DNA of 64,000 nucleotides from a virus, in UHGV virus genome UHGV-0091736; one strand, written 5' to 3'. Of this stretch, positions 1 to 8,552 are shown in pieces; the stretch's first letter is position 1, and the number at the start of each line of letters is the position of its first letter. The notes below the pieces were generated by a model. It made no database searches. It saw nothing but the letters and a program-made list of their open reading frames with translations, and was not told the origin of the DNA. Both the position numbers and the translations under genes were made by a program.

Positions 1-533
1 GCTTCGAGGGTTTCCCTGTTAACCCCCTACTCCCGCAGGATAGTCTCTACACTTTCCACTTTCGAATCCATCTACAAGCGATTCCAAAGCTCACACCAAA
101 CCTTTCTGCAAGAGCAACACCAGTGCATTCATTGTTAAGCCAGAACTCTTTAGCAGCATCCTGTCTTTCTCTATTTCTGCCAGTGTTTGATTCAATAGCA
201 TGTGCACTACCTTCTAAGATTTCTAGATGGTCAGTATTACAACAAGCTCTATTCTTGCATTTATGGTTAACTTCATAACCGTCAGGAATTTTTCCAAATT
301 CCTCTTCCATGACGTATCTGTGATACATGACCCATTTGCCATTTATCACTTTTCGAAAGTAACCGTCTTTATTTAATTTGTGTGAGATAGGGATGATACA
401 TCCTGTGCTAGTTGTTTCTAGCACTAGATCTTTCTTAGCCATATCACCTCCTAATAGCTTAGCTCGGTATTGCCCTCAACTTAATGGTCGGGTTTCACCG
501 AGTTCACCAACTTTTACATGCACAATGAAGTTT
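1..533 (-). mobile_element. Group I intron, 5' portion (3' end lies beyond window start), inserted in DNA polymerase motif C; hosts an HNH ORF
   Basis: Exon frame stops 9 codons after ..VIDMH. IGS GTGCAT (518-523, minus) pairs with exon end AUGCAU (534-539) with G.U at the splice site. R-like GUGUAGAGACUAUCC at 38-52. Collinear with the helicase intron, including a covarying helix (497-502/463-468). Confidence 0.7.
47..442 (-). CDS. HNH homing endonuclease (intron-encoded)
   Basis: 131 aa. Motif EVNHKCKNRACCNTDHLE. Located between the polymerase exon end and the intron R element. Confidence 0.85.
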   Translation of the reverse strand: MAKKDLVLETTSTGCIIPISHKLNKDGYFRKVINGKWVMYHRYVMEEEFGKIPDGYEVNHKCKNRACCNTDHLEILEGSAHAIESNTGRNRERQDAAKEFWLNNECTGVALAERFGVSFGIACRWIRKWKV

Positions 534-2225
534 ATGCATATCAATTACCTTAGCACAACGAACTCCATCCTTCTCAATCCACTTGTTAAGGAACATCATA
601 GCGTATTTCATAACAACAGCACCAGCACATTGCAGGAGTGTGTTAAGTGCTTTATGAACCATAACTTTACCAGTGGCATCTCGTCTCATTGTAATCTTGC
701 GACCATCAACACCAATCAAGTACCCTTGAGCAGCTTTCTCTGTCATGCGATCAATGAGGATTGCAATACATGGGTTCTCTGCCAAGAAACGTGCTCGCAT
801 CACTGAACCTTCATCAGCCCCGCCACCTACAATTGAACCAAGCTTAGCATCACCAGCACCATAGTTGAATGCATAGATAAATGTCTTAGCATTGTCACGA
901 GTAGGGAGACCAGCAAGTTTCTGGTTGTGGGAGTGGATATCCCCTTCGAGGAGAATATCACGATACATAATAGCAGAAGCTAAACCGCGTTCTGCCAGAG
1001 CTTTCTTAGCTGGATTATTCTCTTCGATTGCTTCAGCAAGCATATCTCTACATTCTTTGATGAGGTAGTGAGCGAGCATACGAAGTTCAAGTCCAGAACC
1101 ATCATACCCTAAGAATACTTCTTTACCAGCGGGTATGTAATATTTGTAAGCACCTACAGGTTTGTCTTTCTTCCCCGGCTTACCTTTCTCGTAAATTACG
1201 TTAGTACCTTTTCGTATATAACAACCATCAGGAACAACGTTAGTAATAACGAAAGGACGAGAGTGATCACTGTCTGAGTTATAGTCAGACTCAAACAAAC
1301 TGCGACACTCGTGACCAAACAAACCACGGGAGGGAATATTAACCACGATACGATGTTTGAATCGAAAAGTCGGCGTAGCGCAGCTGTTAGCTTCTGCCGA
1401 AAGTTTACCATCTTCGCGTTCCTTTGCTATAAGTCCACTGATAAGACCTAGCCTGTGAGCCGCTACAACACGTCTCTTAAGCAAACTTCCAACACTCCCT
1501 AGCTCACCCCCTAACCCTTCTTCAAGAGTCTCCTCGAGGTTTGTAGGAGCTGTAGGCCACTTGTTTGATGTAGCTAGTGCTTTCTTAATCTCATCAAACG
1601 TTACAGGGTTACGGCGATTAGGGTTTAATCCCAAACCAAACACGTAAGCCTTCATGTAATTCTTAGTCTTAAACCTAAAATGCTTTTCTAAGAATTTCTT
1701 GATATCAGCGTCAACCATCTCGGCTGTCTGCTTCTGCTTAGCACTGCCTCTCATCCAAGCAGTGTACCAAGCCTGATATGTTCCATACTTTCGCATGTCT
1801 TTCTTAATTTCGAAAGTATTCCAAGGCTTCTTAGATACGTTAAACTCTGGAGGAAGAAAGCCCTCATCCATAAGAGCTTCTTTAACTCGTGCATCTTTCG
1901 ATGGGTCAAAGTCTACATATTCTACACAGGTGAATGCTCCACCAATGTCTTCTCTCTTCAGCCCAACCCTATCACAATAAGCTTGAGGCCACTTCTGCAA
2001 AGCACCAGACTTCTTAAACGGCTTCATGTAAGTAGAGCCATCTAATCTCATCTTAGGTAAGAGAGGAATCAACTCTCTATCAATATTAACAATAATCTCT
2101 TTAAGGAGGTGAACATACCACCGAGCATTTCTTCGGTTGAAACTCACTCCGTGCTTTGCTTGCTTAGAGATTATATCAGCGACAGTCATCTCTGTCAAAA
2201 ATGGAAGAGCGTCCGGGTTGCTCAC
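534..2225 (-). CDS. DNA polymerase family A, polymerase domain, exon 1 (GTG start; ends at H of motif C HDE)
   Basis: Motif A LGYDGSGLELRMLAHY and motif B RDNAKTFIYAFNYGAG. AAGGAG RBS 7 nt before the GTG. ORF track 504-2225, trimmed to the predicted 5' splice site. Confidence 0.85.
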
Positions 2226-2241
2226 TTTATACTCCTTTGAA

Positions 2242-2646
2242 TTATTGGTAAAGTAAATCTGTAAATGCTTGGTTGTCAGTTATTGCATCTAGGTCATTAT
2301 GAGATACTCGGATAACATTACCTTCAACTCTCCACGGAGTTGGCGTAGGTGAAGACCTAACTTCAAGAGGCTGCTCTCTGACTAAATGGGCCATGACCCT
2401 CTGATTGGCAACTTCCTCTCTTTCTCGAATAGCTCTTTGGATGTAGGCCAGCTTCATGCCCCAAGCTTCTTCAAACTCTTGAGGATGTTTGTCACTGATA
2501 ACCACATACTGACGCTCAGGGATACCAGATCGAATCTCTGATAATAATTCATGGAACAAATCAAGTTCATGTTCAGTGAGATTCATTTCGATATCATCCC
2601 ACTTGAGAACTAAGAAACGGTTTTGATATCTAGTTGGTAATGGCAT
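2242..2646 (-). CDS. hypothetical protein (134 aa)
   Basis: ORF track; ATG start; tightly packed with neighbours. Confidence 0.6.
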   Translation of the reverse strand: MPLPTRYQNRFLVLKWDDIEMNLTEHELDLFHELLSEIRSGIPERQYVVISDKHPQEFEEAWGMKLAYIQRAIREREEVANQRVMAHLVREQPLEVRSSPTPTPWRVEGNVIRVSHNDLDAITDNQAFTDLLYQ

Positions 2647-2649
2647 AGC

Positions 2650-2934
2650 TTAACCTTTTGGGAATGGCATTAAAGACTCCATAGCAGATTTAATTTTGCT
2701 ATTGATTCGAGCATCTCTATAAGAGATAAACTTACCTTTGCTATCTCGTAACATCACATGAGTTCTGGCTGTTGTGTTAGGAAGTAATGTAATCCCAGTT
2801 GGGATATTGTCAACCCCCACAGGGAGTTTGTGAATAGTCTTACTTTCAGTTAATAGGTAAGACCAAGTAATTGGTTTACGATCTGTTCGATTAGGATATG
2901 TGTCTCGAATCTGAACCATAGCTAATTTATTCAT
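2650..2934 (-). CDS. hypothetical protein, paralog of 2936-3187
   Basis: Shares ARTxVxLRxxxGKFISY...PFPKG with the adjacent ORF. Confidence 0.6.
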   Translation of the reverse strand: MNKLAMVQIRDTYPNRTDRKPITWSYLLTESKTIHKLPVGVDNIPTGITLLPNTTARTHVMLRDSKGKFISYRDARINSKIKSAMESLMPFPKG

Positions 2935-2935
2935 A

Positions 2936-3187
2936 TTAAACTCCTTTAGGGAATGGGATGAGGTTTTCTACTGCAACACGAAAAGATTTTTCTACATTCT
3001 TATTCTTATAAGAAATGAATTTACCATCAGCACCACGAAGGATTACGTTAGTACGAGCTGTATTGGAAACTAAAGTGATCATAGAGATGGTGTTATTTTT
3101 TGAGTTGTTGTAGTTGTTATCGAAAGTCCACTTATCCAGACGATCATCCATTACATCAATAATAGTTACAGTTTTTACGATAGACAT
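2936..3187 (-). CDS. hypothetical protein, paralog of 2650-2934
   Basis: Same C-terminal motif (ARTNVILRGADGKFISY..IPFPKG). Confidence 0.6.
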   Translation of the reverse strand: MSIVKTVTIIDVMDDRLDKWTFDNNYNNSKNNTISMITLVSNTARTNVILRGADGKFISYKNKNVEKSFRVAVENLIPFPKGV

Positions 3188-3219
3188 ATTTGTTACCTAA
3201 GAAGTTTAGTTTGGTTTAT

Positions 3220-3250
3220 ATAAAAGAAAAGGCCACCCATTTGGGTAGCC
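3220..3250 (-). terminator. Rho-independent terminator (minus)
   Basis: Minus RNA reads GGCUACCC-AAAU-GGGUGGCC followed by UUUUCUUUU. The mismatch becomes G.U only on the minus strand. Confidence 0.6.
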
Positions 3251-3255
3251 TTATA

Positions 3256-3573
3256 TCATGATGAGCTTAAAGCTCCTTTGCGTGCTCCAGCTGCTTTTCC
3301 AGCTCGATCACCACTTTTGCCGCCGTTTGAACGGTTTGAGCTGACTGATTCAACACGTAAGTTGCTTGACGCATTAGAGCCTCCAGACTTGATAGCTCGT
3401 TTGTGTCCAACGTCTTTACCTCTGACAGCAGCTTTTCCATCGCGCTTTTCAACGATGCGACGTGCACGGTGGCGCTGAGCATCTCCGCTCTTGCTCCCAA
3501 TGCCTGTTTCACCACGGGCAATTGCGGTACGTCTTTCTTGTGCATAATCTCTCTTTCCTACATGGTCTGCCAT
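3256..3573 (-). CDS. basic K/R/G/S-rich small protein (105 aa)
   Basis: AAGGAG RBS 8 nt upstream of ATG. TAATGTATA element 37 nt upstream. A 92-aa alternative-frame ORF is embedded (see findings). Confidence 0.6.
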   Translation of the reverse strand: MADHVGKRDYAQERRTAIARGETGIGSKSGDAQRHRARRIVEKRDGKAAVRGKDVGHKRAIKSGGSNASSNLRVESVSSNRSNGGKSGDRAGKAAGARKGALSSS

Positions 3574-3609
3574 TTAAAACTCCTTAACATATCAGTGTAC
3601 ACTAAGGAG

Positions 3610-3618
3610 TATACATTA
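3610..3618 (-). promoter_or_regulatory. TAATGTATA promoter-like element (phage sigma-type consensus)
   Basis: Exact TAATGTATA on the minus strand, upstream of the 3573 start. Confidence 0.5.
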
Positions 3619-3629
3619 TAAGTTACTGT

Positions 3630-5348
3630 TTAAGCTTTCTTTTCCATTGCTTTAACAATCGCCTTACAGAAACCAGAACGAACAATATCATCTGATTCAC
3701 CATCTACAATCTCAGCAAACTCATACAGATCATGTTCATCAATAAAGTTAGTAGCCCAAGTAAGACCACTCTCACGACCACGCATATCATGCTGGTTAGT
3801 ATCACCCATGCAGAACAGCTGAGAGGTTTCTCCCAATCGAGTCATGATTGAGAAGGCTTCATCTTTAGTTGTGTTCTGGAACTCATCCACGATAACAATG
3901 GCATCATTGAAAGAGCGACCACGGAGATATTCCAGAGGTACAAATTCAATGTTACCATTTCCGATTTGGCATTCATAGAACCCCTTACCATATCGCTGAG
4001 TAATAACATCAATGATAGGCATCAGGTATGGTTCAAACTTCTCACGCATCCCCCCCGGAAGTAACCCAAGAGAGTTACCCATGCCGACCGAAGGGCGACT
4101 CAGAATGATCTTCTGAATCTTACCACTCTTCAGTGCATCAATAACTGTGGAAGTGATTACAAAGGTCTTACCACAGTTACCTGTCACGAAAATGTTATCA
4201 TCTCGACGGAGCAACAGAGCACCTGTTGAGGTTGTAAAGCAATATTTAAAACCATCCTCCGTCTTCATCTTTGTGATCACAGCTTTCCCAGATTGTGGGT
4301 TGTTTGGGGTAATACTGATATGTGTCTGTTTAGAGAAATAAACACGATACTCTAGAGATTTACGAGTATATCCACCATACTCCCGACCAACTCTGTCGTA
4401 AGTTATGATAGATGATTTGTAACCACACTGCATTCCTACAAACTGGATATAGTCTGCATCATCTTTATCGGAAGTAAAGAAAGGTGGTAGTCTATTTCCT
4501 TGTAGGGCAAAACCCCCGTCCCAGAATTTAATCTCATCAAAGATGATTTTAGCATCACTCTTGTTACACAAAGGCCAGTCTTTATACCTTTTAGTCGCAC
4601 CTAGAAGAGAGAAAGATATTACATGAAACCCTGTATCATCTGACTTTTCTGAGTAATCTAAATGGAGAGTATCCAATAACTCTTTGAGTCGAGAAATCTT
4701 CCTCTCTTTCTTTAATCTGAAGACGAATCGCGAGGTGGACTCTGTTTCCAAGTGGGCATCAGCCTTGATGGCAACATGAAGACGTAATTCAGGTTCAGAT
4801 AGACCTAAACTTTTCCCTGAAACAAAGTTGGATGTAGTTTTAATTAGACCCTCAAACCCTATCTTCTTCTTGTGGTGCCTTGAAAGAAGATCAGATACCT
4901 TGATTTTGTTCGCTTTGTCTTTATCTCCCTTACGATAATAAACGACATTATGGTCATCACATAACGCCTGAGATATCCCACGGTATGTTTTAAACAAGTT
5001 CAACTCTTTACACTCTTGTTTAATATAAGCTACAGGTTTTTCTAAATGAGACTCTCCTGTGGTTAAGTTTACTGCTGTTATTAAATCACCTTCCACATAG
5101 TCAGAAATCTTTTTCCATCCAAACTCTGAGAGAAACTCGGTATCCTTATCAACACAGCCCGCAGGAGCGTCTGTGAACACAACTTGTTTAGTCTTAATAG
5201 CATTGAGTAGCTCAGACTGAAACTGGTTCTGAGGGACTACAGGCTTTGCTAAAACCACCTCTTCATACTCTCGCTTACCCTTACGAGTAACAAGTGCTTC
5301 CCGACGAAGGTCTTTCCGTGATTCTTTCCTTGATTGACGACGACTCAT
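3630..5348 (-). CDS. phoH: PhoH-like ATPase precursor containing an intein
   Basis: Walker A is split as ..DAPAG | intein | CGKTFV... The C-terminal part has ILSRP, LLPG, IVIVDEFQN (Walker B) and GD..Q, as in PhoH. Confidence 0.8.
   Translation of the reverse strand: MSRRQSRKESRKDLRREALVTRKGKREYEEVVLAKPVVPQNQFQSELLNAIKTKQVVFTDAPAGCVDKDTEFLSEFGWKKISDYVEGDLITAVNLTTGESHLEKPVAYIKQECKELNLFKTYRGISQALCDDHNVVYYRKGDKDKANKIKVSDLLSRHHKKKIGFEGLIKTTSNFVSGKSLGLSEPELRLHVAIKADAHLETESTSRFVFRLKKERKISRLKELLDTLHLDYSEKSDDTGFHVISFSLLGATKRYKDWPLCNKSDAKIIFDEIKFWDGGFALQGNRLPPFFTSDKDDADYIQFVGMQCGYKSSIITYDRVGREYGGYTRKSLEYRVYFSKQTHISITPNNPQSGKAVITKMKTEDGFKYCFTTSTGALLLRRDDNIFVTGNCGKTFVITSTVIDALKSGKIQKIILSRPSVGMGNSLGLLPGGMREKFEPYLMPIIDVITQRYGKGFYECQIGNGNIEFVPLEYLRGRSFNDAIVIVDEFQNTTKDEAFSIMTRLGETSQLFCMGDTNQHDMRGRESGLTWATNFIDEHDLYEFAEIVDGESDDIVRSGFCKAIVKAMEKKA
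4176..5156 (-). mobile_element. Intein (327 aa) in the PhoH P-loop, with degenerate LAGLIDADG-like endonuclease region
   Basis: Starts CVDKDTEFL (block A-like) and ends ..NIFVTGN followed by +1 Cys. Excision restores APAGCGKT. Candidate dodecapeptides are LHVAIKADAHL and FDEIKFWDGGF. Confidence 0.7.
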
Positions 5349-5530
5349 TTACGCTCTCCAATTTCTTCGTAATGACACTCAGTGGTTAAACAATCTTTAC
5401 AGATTGCTGTGTAAACCCTGACGTTAGTAAATCGTTTGTTCTTCCCTTTGGTTGGAGAGCCTTTGGCAAGCTCTCTGATAACCTTGTTACTTAAATGAAG
5501 GTTTGTTCCTTCACATTTAGAGCACTTCAT
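5345..5530 (-). CDS. small zinc-ribbon protein (61 aa)
   Basis: CSKC...CKDC pairs; overlapping stop/start with neighbours. Confidence 0.55.
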   Translation of the reverse strand: MKCSKCEGTNLHLSNKVIRELAKGSPTKGKNKRFTNVRVYTAICKDCLTTECHYEEIGERK

Positions 5531-5846
5531 GGTTCATATCTTTATGAATCCTGTAAACAGCTGTCGCCATACAAGCAACAGCCTCATTGTGTGGGAGGTG
5601 CATCCCTGTAGAACCATCCCAATCTTTGAACTCATTGTCAAAGACTCCAGTAGGCTCTGGATACAGAGCTTGCAGCTCCACTAGATCATTAGCAACTTGT
5701 TGCCATTTATCATCAGACCAGATAGGGTCATCCAACCAGTAATACAAATAGGAATGGATGATCAATTGCCTTCTGTGCCGATTAATTACTTCAGCGGGAC
5801 TTATTTCACTTCCATTTGAAGTCCTAAATGTATTACTGTCAATCAT
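5517..5846 (-). CDS. hypothetical protein (109 aa)
   Basis: ORF track; ATG start. Confidence 0.55.
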   Translation of the reverse strand: MIDSNTFRTSNGSEISPAEVINRHRRQLIIHSYLYYWLDDPIWSDDKWQQVANDLVELQALYPEPTGVFDNEFKDWDGSTGMHLPHNEAVACMATAVYRIHKDMNHEVL

Positions 5847-6028
5847 TTCACAACCTTAAATTTGAATGTTGTTGGGTGGTAATAGTGCAATCTATTGATA
5901 ATGTGCTTATTCTCATGATAGGTAATACAAGCATGGCACATGGAATGAGTTAAACCAGTTACAGAATTAGGTTTAAAGTTGACAATAGGCTTCTCTTTCT
6001 TACAGAAGCTACACACTTTATGTGTCAT
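5843..6028 (-). CDS. small zinc-finger protein (61 aa from internal ATG)
   Basis: CSFC...CHAC. ATG overlaps the thyX stop (TGATG), with GGAG 5 nt upstream. The ORF track start at 6061 is probably too long. Confidence 0.5.
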   Translation of the reverse strand: MTHKVCSFCKKEKPIVNFKPNSVTGLTHSMCHACITYHENKHIINRLHYYHPTTFKFKVVK

Positions 6029-6684
6029 CAGTTCTCCAAAGTTTTCTTCAGAGCTGCCCATGAGATTGGGTAGAGCTTAGCCATCTCTTCATCCAGAGAT
6101 TGGGCAAACACTCGAACTTCATATTGAGCGTGAGAGGAGAGTCGCTGACGACACAACTCAAACCAGCCATACAAAGAACCGGTCCACACCCACTCAGTGA
6201 TCATTCCCTGAGGAAGAACAAATCGAGCTTGCTCTGGTGCAATAAATTCAATCAACTTGTCATATGCTGCTAGAGAAGCTTCATATGCATCATTAATCAG
6301 CATTAATGCTTCAGCTCGCTCTCCGTCAATGAGTTGAATCCCTGAACCTGCATGGAGGTCCGAAGGTCTCGCAAAAATCTCTTTAGGGATGAAGACTTCA
6401 ACTGCTCCATCTTTATACCGCCGGGACATTTCGTTCCACGAGAATCCAACCTGATGCTTGCCCAACTGTCTCGCAATTGCGATAGGTGCTTTGCATCGGA
6501 AACTGACTTGCGGGTGTCGGAATGGGGTAACATGCTTCTCTCTTGCGAGGAAGTTGATGAGACGTTCATCACGTTCATTTAAATCACCTTCACGGGTTAC
6601 GCCAAAGGAAACTCGAGCTGCGTTTACTACGCTACGATCACTTCCCATAGCTTCGATTAATGTTGCTTGTAGTTGTTCATTCAT
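6028..6684 (-). CDS. thyX: FAD-dependent thymidylate synthase ThyX
   Basis: 218 aa. ThyX signature region ..RHPQ..WNEMSRRY.. with the typical length. Confidence 0.85.
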   Translation of the reverse strand: MNEQLQATLIEAMGSDRSVVNAARVSFGVTREGDLNERDERLINFLAREKHVTPFRHPQVSFRCKAPIAIARQLGKHQVGFSWNEMSRRYKDGAVEVFIPKEIFARPSDLHAGSGIQLIDGERAEALMLINDAYEASLAAYDKLIEFIAPEQARFVLPQGMITEWVWTGSLYGWFELCRQRLSSHAQYEVRVFAQSLDEEMAKLYPISWAALKKTLEN

Positions 6685-6699
6685 CCGTGAATTTCCTTA

Positions 6700-6909
6700 T
6701 TAATATTCTTTTACATAATAAATCACTAAGGTTCCCATCTCTGACAACGTTGATTTATGTAAGCTTATTTTACTATAAATCTTTGGAGCCATCTTAAGAG
6801 ATTTCTTAAAACGGCGAGCATCTTTACGAGTAGCAAAGTGCTCTGTGACAGGTATAGACTGGTCTTGGTGGAGATAATATACCACCGTCCAATATTTTTT
6901 CATAATCAA
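6700..6909 (-). CDS. hypothetical protein (69 aa)
   Basis: ORF track. Confidence 0.5.
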   Translation of the reverse strand: MIMKKYWTVVYYLHQDQSIPVTEHFATRKDARRFKKSLKMAPKIYSKISLHKSTLSEMGTLVIYYVKEY

Positions 6910-7178
6910 ACACCTAGGGCAGTAGTTAAGAATGCTTTCAGGTTTGCTTCGGTCTGCATACCAGAAATGCTGTAGTGTGCACCACTATTACGGTCAGGCA
7001 CAATGAAAGCAGGGATACTTCGTACACCATACTTAACAGCTTGCTCACGACCATCACCTTCAAGGATGTTAATCTCTTCCACTTCTACATCAAACTCCTT
7101 AACAACCTTCTCAAAGGTAGGAGCCATTGCTTTACATGGAGCACACTGATCACTATAAAACTTAATTACTTTAGACAT
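6906..7178 (-). CDS. thioredoxin-like protein (CAPC active site)
   Basis: MSKVIKFYSDQCAPCK..; about 90 aa. ATG at 7178 preferred over the TTG at 7184. Confidence 0.75.
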   Translation of the reverse strand: MSKVIKFYSDQCAPCKAMAPTFEKVVKEFDVEVEEINILEGDGREQAVKYGVRSIPAFIVPDRNSGAHYSISGMQTEANLKAFLTTALGV

Positions 7179-7348
7179 TAACAATCCTCGTTAACAAATT
7201 CTTTAAGGTGGCGTTTTGTGGTAGGGATTACGATGTAATCTTTATACCCTTGAGCTTTGGCTAAATCCTCAGCTATCTTTTTAGTAGCCCCCAATGCCAT
7301 CACACACTGACAAACAATCACCGTGTGAGCTTTGTATTCGTCCTTCAT
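7178..7348 (-). CDS. small hypothetical protein (56 aa)
   Basis: Hand-translated MKDEYKAHTVIVCQCV... Its stop overlaps the thioredoxin ATG (TAATG). Not in the ORF track because it is under 60 aa. Confidence 0.4.
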   Translation of the reverse strand: MKDEYKAHTVIVCQCVMALGATKKIAEDLAKAQGYKDYIVIPTTKRHLKEFVNEDC

Positions 7349-7357
7349 TTAAGAACC

Positions 7358-7537
7358 TTATGCAGTCAGGAGGTGAAGCAGGAACGGGATAACAACAGCT
7401 ACGATAACCATGATAGTTGATGCTGTTTGAATCTCACCTTTCTTATCAGGAGTTTCTTCAATAAGCTTACCAGAAGCCCAATAAATACCACCACCAATAA
7501 AGATAGCCCAAATACCCCATACGATTGCTGATAACAT
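7358..7537 (-). CDS. small membrane protein (59 aa, two hydrophobic helices)
   Basis: Hand-translated MLSAIVWGIWAIFIGGGIYW...IMVIVAVVIPFLLHLL. Confidence 0.45.
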   Translation of the reverse strand: MLSAIVWGIWAIFIGGGIYWASGKLIEETPDKKGEIQTASTIMVIVAVVIPFLLHLLTA

Positions 7538-7593
7538 ACATCGATATCCTTATAAAGATAAAACCCCGTCTATTCCTAGACAGGGTTTGAGTT

Positions 7594-8157
7594 TTAGTAA
7601 GACACATCACCACTTGAATGGGACATGTTGCTCTTGACGAAGTAGCAATACTTGCCAAGACCTTCATTAATTTCTTGAAGCATACTCTGATCGACAGGAT
7701 AGGATGCTAAATCACCATCAAACTCATCCATCTTCTCAATAATACACATCAAGGTCATGCACATATCAGAGAGCATACCATCCATATCTAGGTCAGCATT
7801 ACCCTCTGAGAACCAAGCATGAGAGAGATAGTTAGCTGCTGTAGCATCCACTTTAACACAGTGGTAACGCATACGTTCAGCAATACGATCTCCTACTTGT
7901 CGTGCGTAATCTTCCAGCTCATCAAACATACCATGAACACCCTGAAATCCTGCACCAGAGACGTTCCAGTGGTAGTTTTTAGCTTTGATATGCAAGAGTT
8001 CCATGTTAGCTTGTAAGCAGCTCAGGATGTGTTCTAGGCTGTTTCCACTAATCATACCCTGCATTGTTTCAAGGCGAGAGATTGAAAGCTCAGACCGGTC
8101 TAACATACTATAGCTGTCACGACCAATCTCAGGTAAATCAAAAACATTCTTATGCAT
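7594..8157 (-). CDS. Dps/ferritin-like protein
   Basis: NYHWNVSGAGFQGVHGMFDELEDYARQVGDRIAERM matches the Dps ferroxidase helix pattern. ATG at 8157 has GGAG 9 nt upstream. The ORF track start at 8205 overlaps the upstream gene. Confidence 0.7.
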   Translation of the reverse strand: MHKNVFDLPEIGRDSYSMLDRSELSISRLETMQGMISGNSLEHILSCLQANMELLHIKAKNYHWNVSGAGFQGVHGMFDELEDYARQVGDRIAERMRYHCVKVDATAANYLSHAWFSEGNADLDMDGMLSDMCMTLMCIIEKMDEFDGDLASYPVDQSMLQEINEGLGKYCYFVKSNMSHSSGDVSY

Positions 8158-8479
8158 TTGGATTTTCTCCATCAAGTTCAACTGAGTTAGCAACGTTACG
8201 TGCAATATTATCCATTACCTGCTGGGTAATTACGATGCAGTTCTGTGGGTCTACTGACTTAGAACGCCCCATTTCAGGGTCATACACCTTAACACGCTTA
8301 GCAGTTGAACCTGTAACCTGAAGAACCTTCAACAGATATCCCTGATTACCAATAGACCAAGCAACAACATCACGATTCTTGATAAAGCGACCAAGCATAT
8401 CACGATGATAAAACTGTTGCATCACCTTGGATTTTGTAATCTCTTCAGTGGGCGGGGCCACTTTACTCAAATCTAACAT
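8150..8479 (-). CDS. hypothetical protein (109 aa)
   Basis: ORF track; ATG; AAATGTATA element upstream. Confidence 0.55.
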   Translation of the reverse strand: MLDLSKVAPPTEEITKSKVMQQFYHRDMLGRFIKNRDVVAWSIGNQGYLLKVLQVTGSTAKRVKVYDPEMGRSKSVDPQNCIVITQQVMDNIARNVANSVELDGENPNA

Positions 8480-8519
8480 AACTCTCTCCTGTAAAAATAC
8501 AAATTCTTATTGTACTCTA

Positions 8520-8528
8520 TATACATTT
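8520..8528 (-). promoter_or_regulatory. AAATGTATA promoter-like element
   Basis: 8/9 match to TAATGTATA, 41 nt upstream of the 8479 start. Confidence 0.35.
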
Positions 8529-8552
8529 GAGAGTTACCATATCTACTACCAA

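Noticed and set aside
378-806. 142-aa plus-strand ORF across the polymerase/intron junction
   Set aside because: It is antisense to the polymerase exon and the HNH gene, with no RBS.
7467-7667. 66-aa ORF overlapping the Dps 3' end
   Set aside because: A different-frame 59-aa ORF (7358-7537) with two clear hydrophobic helices and no overlap explains the region better.
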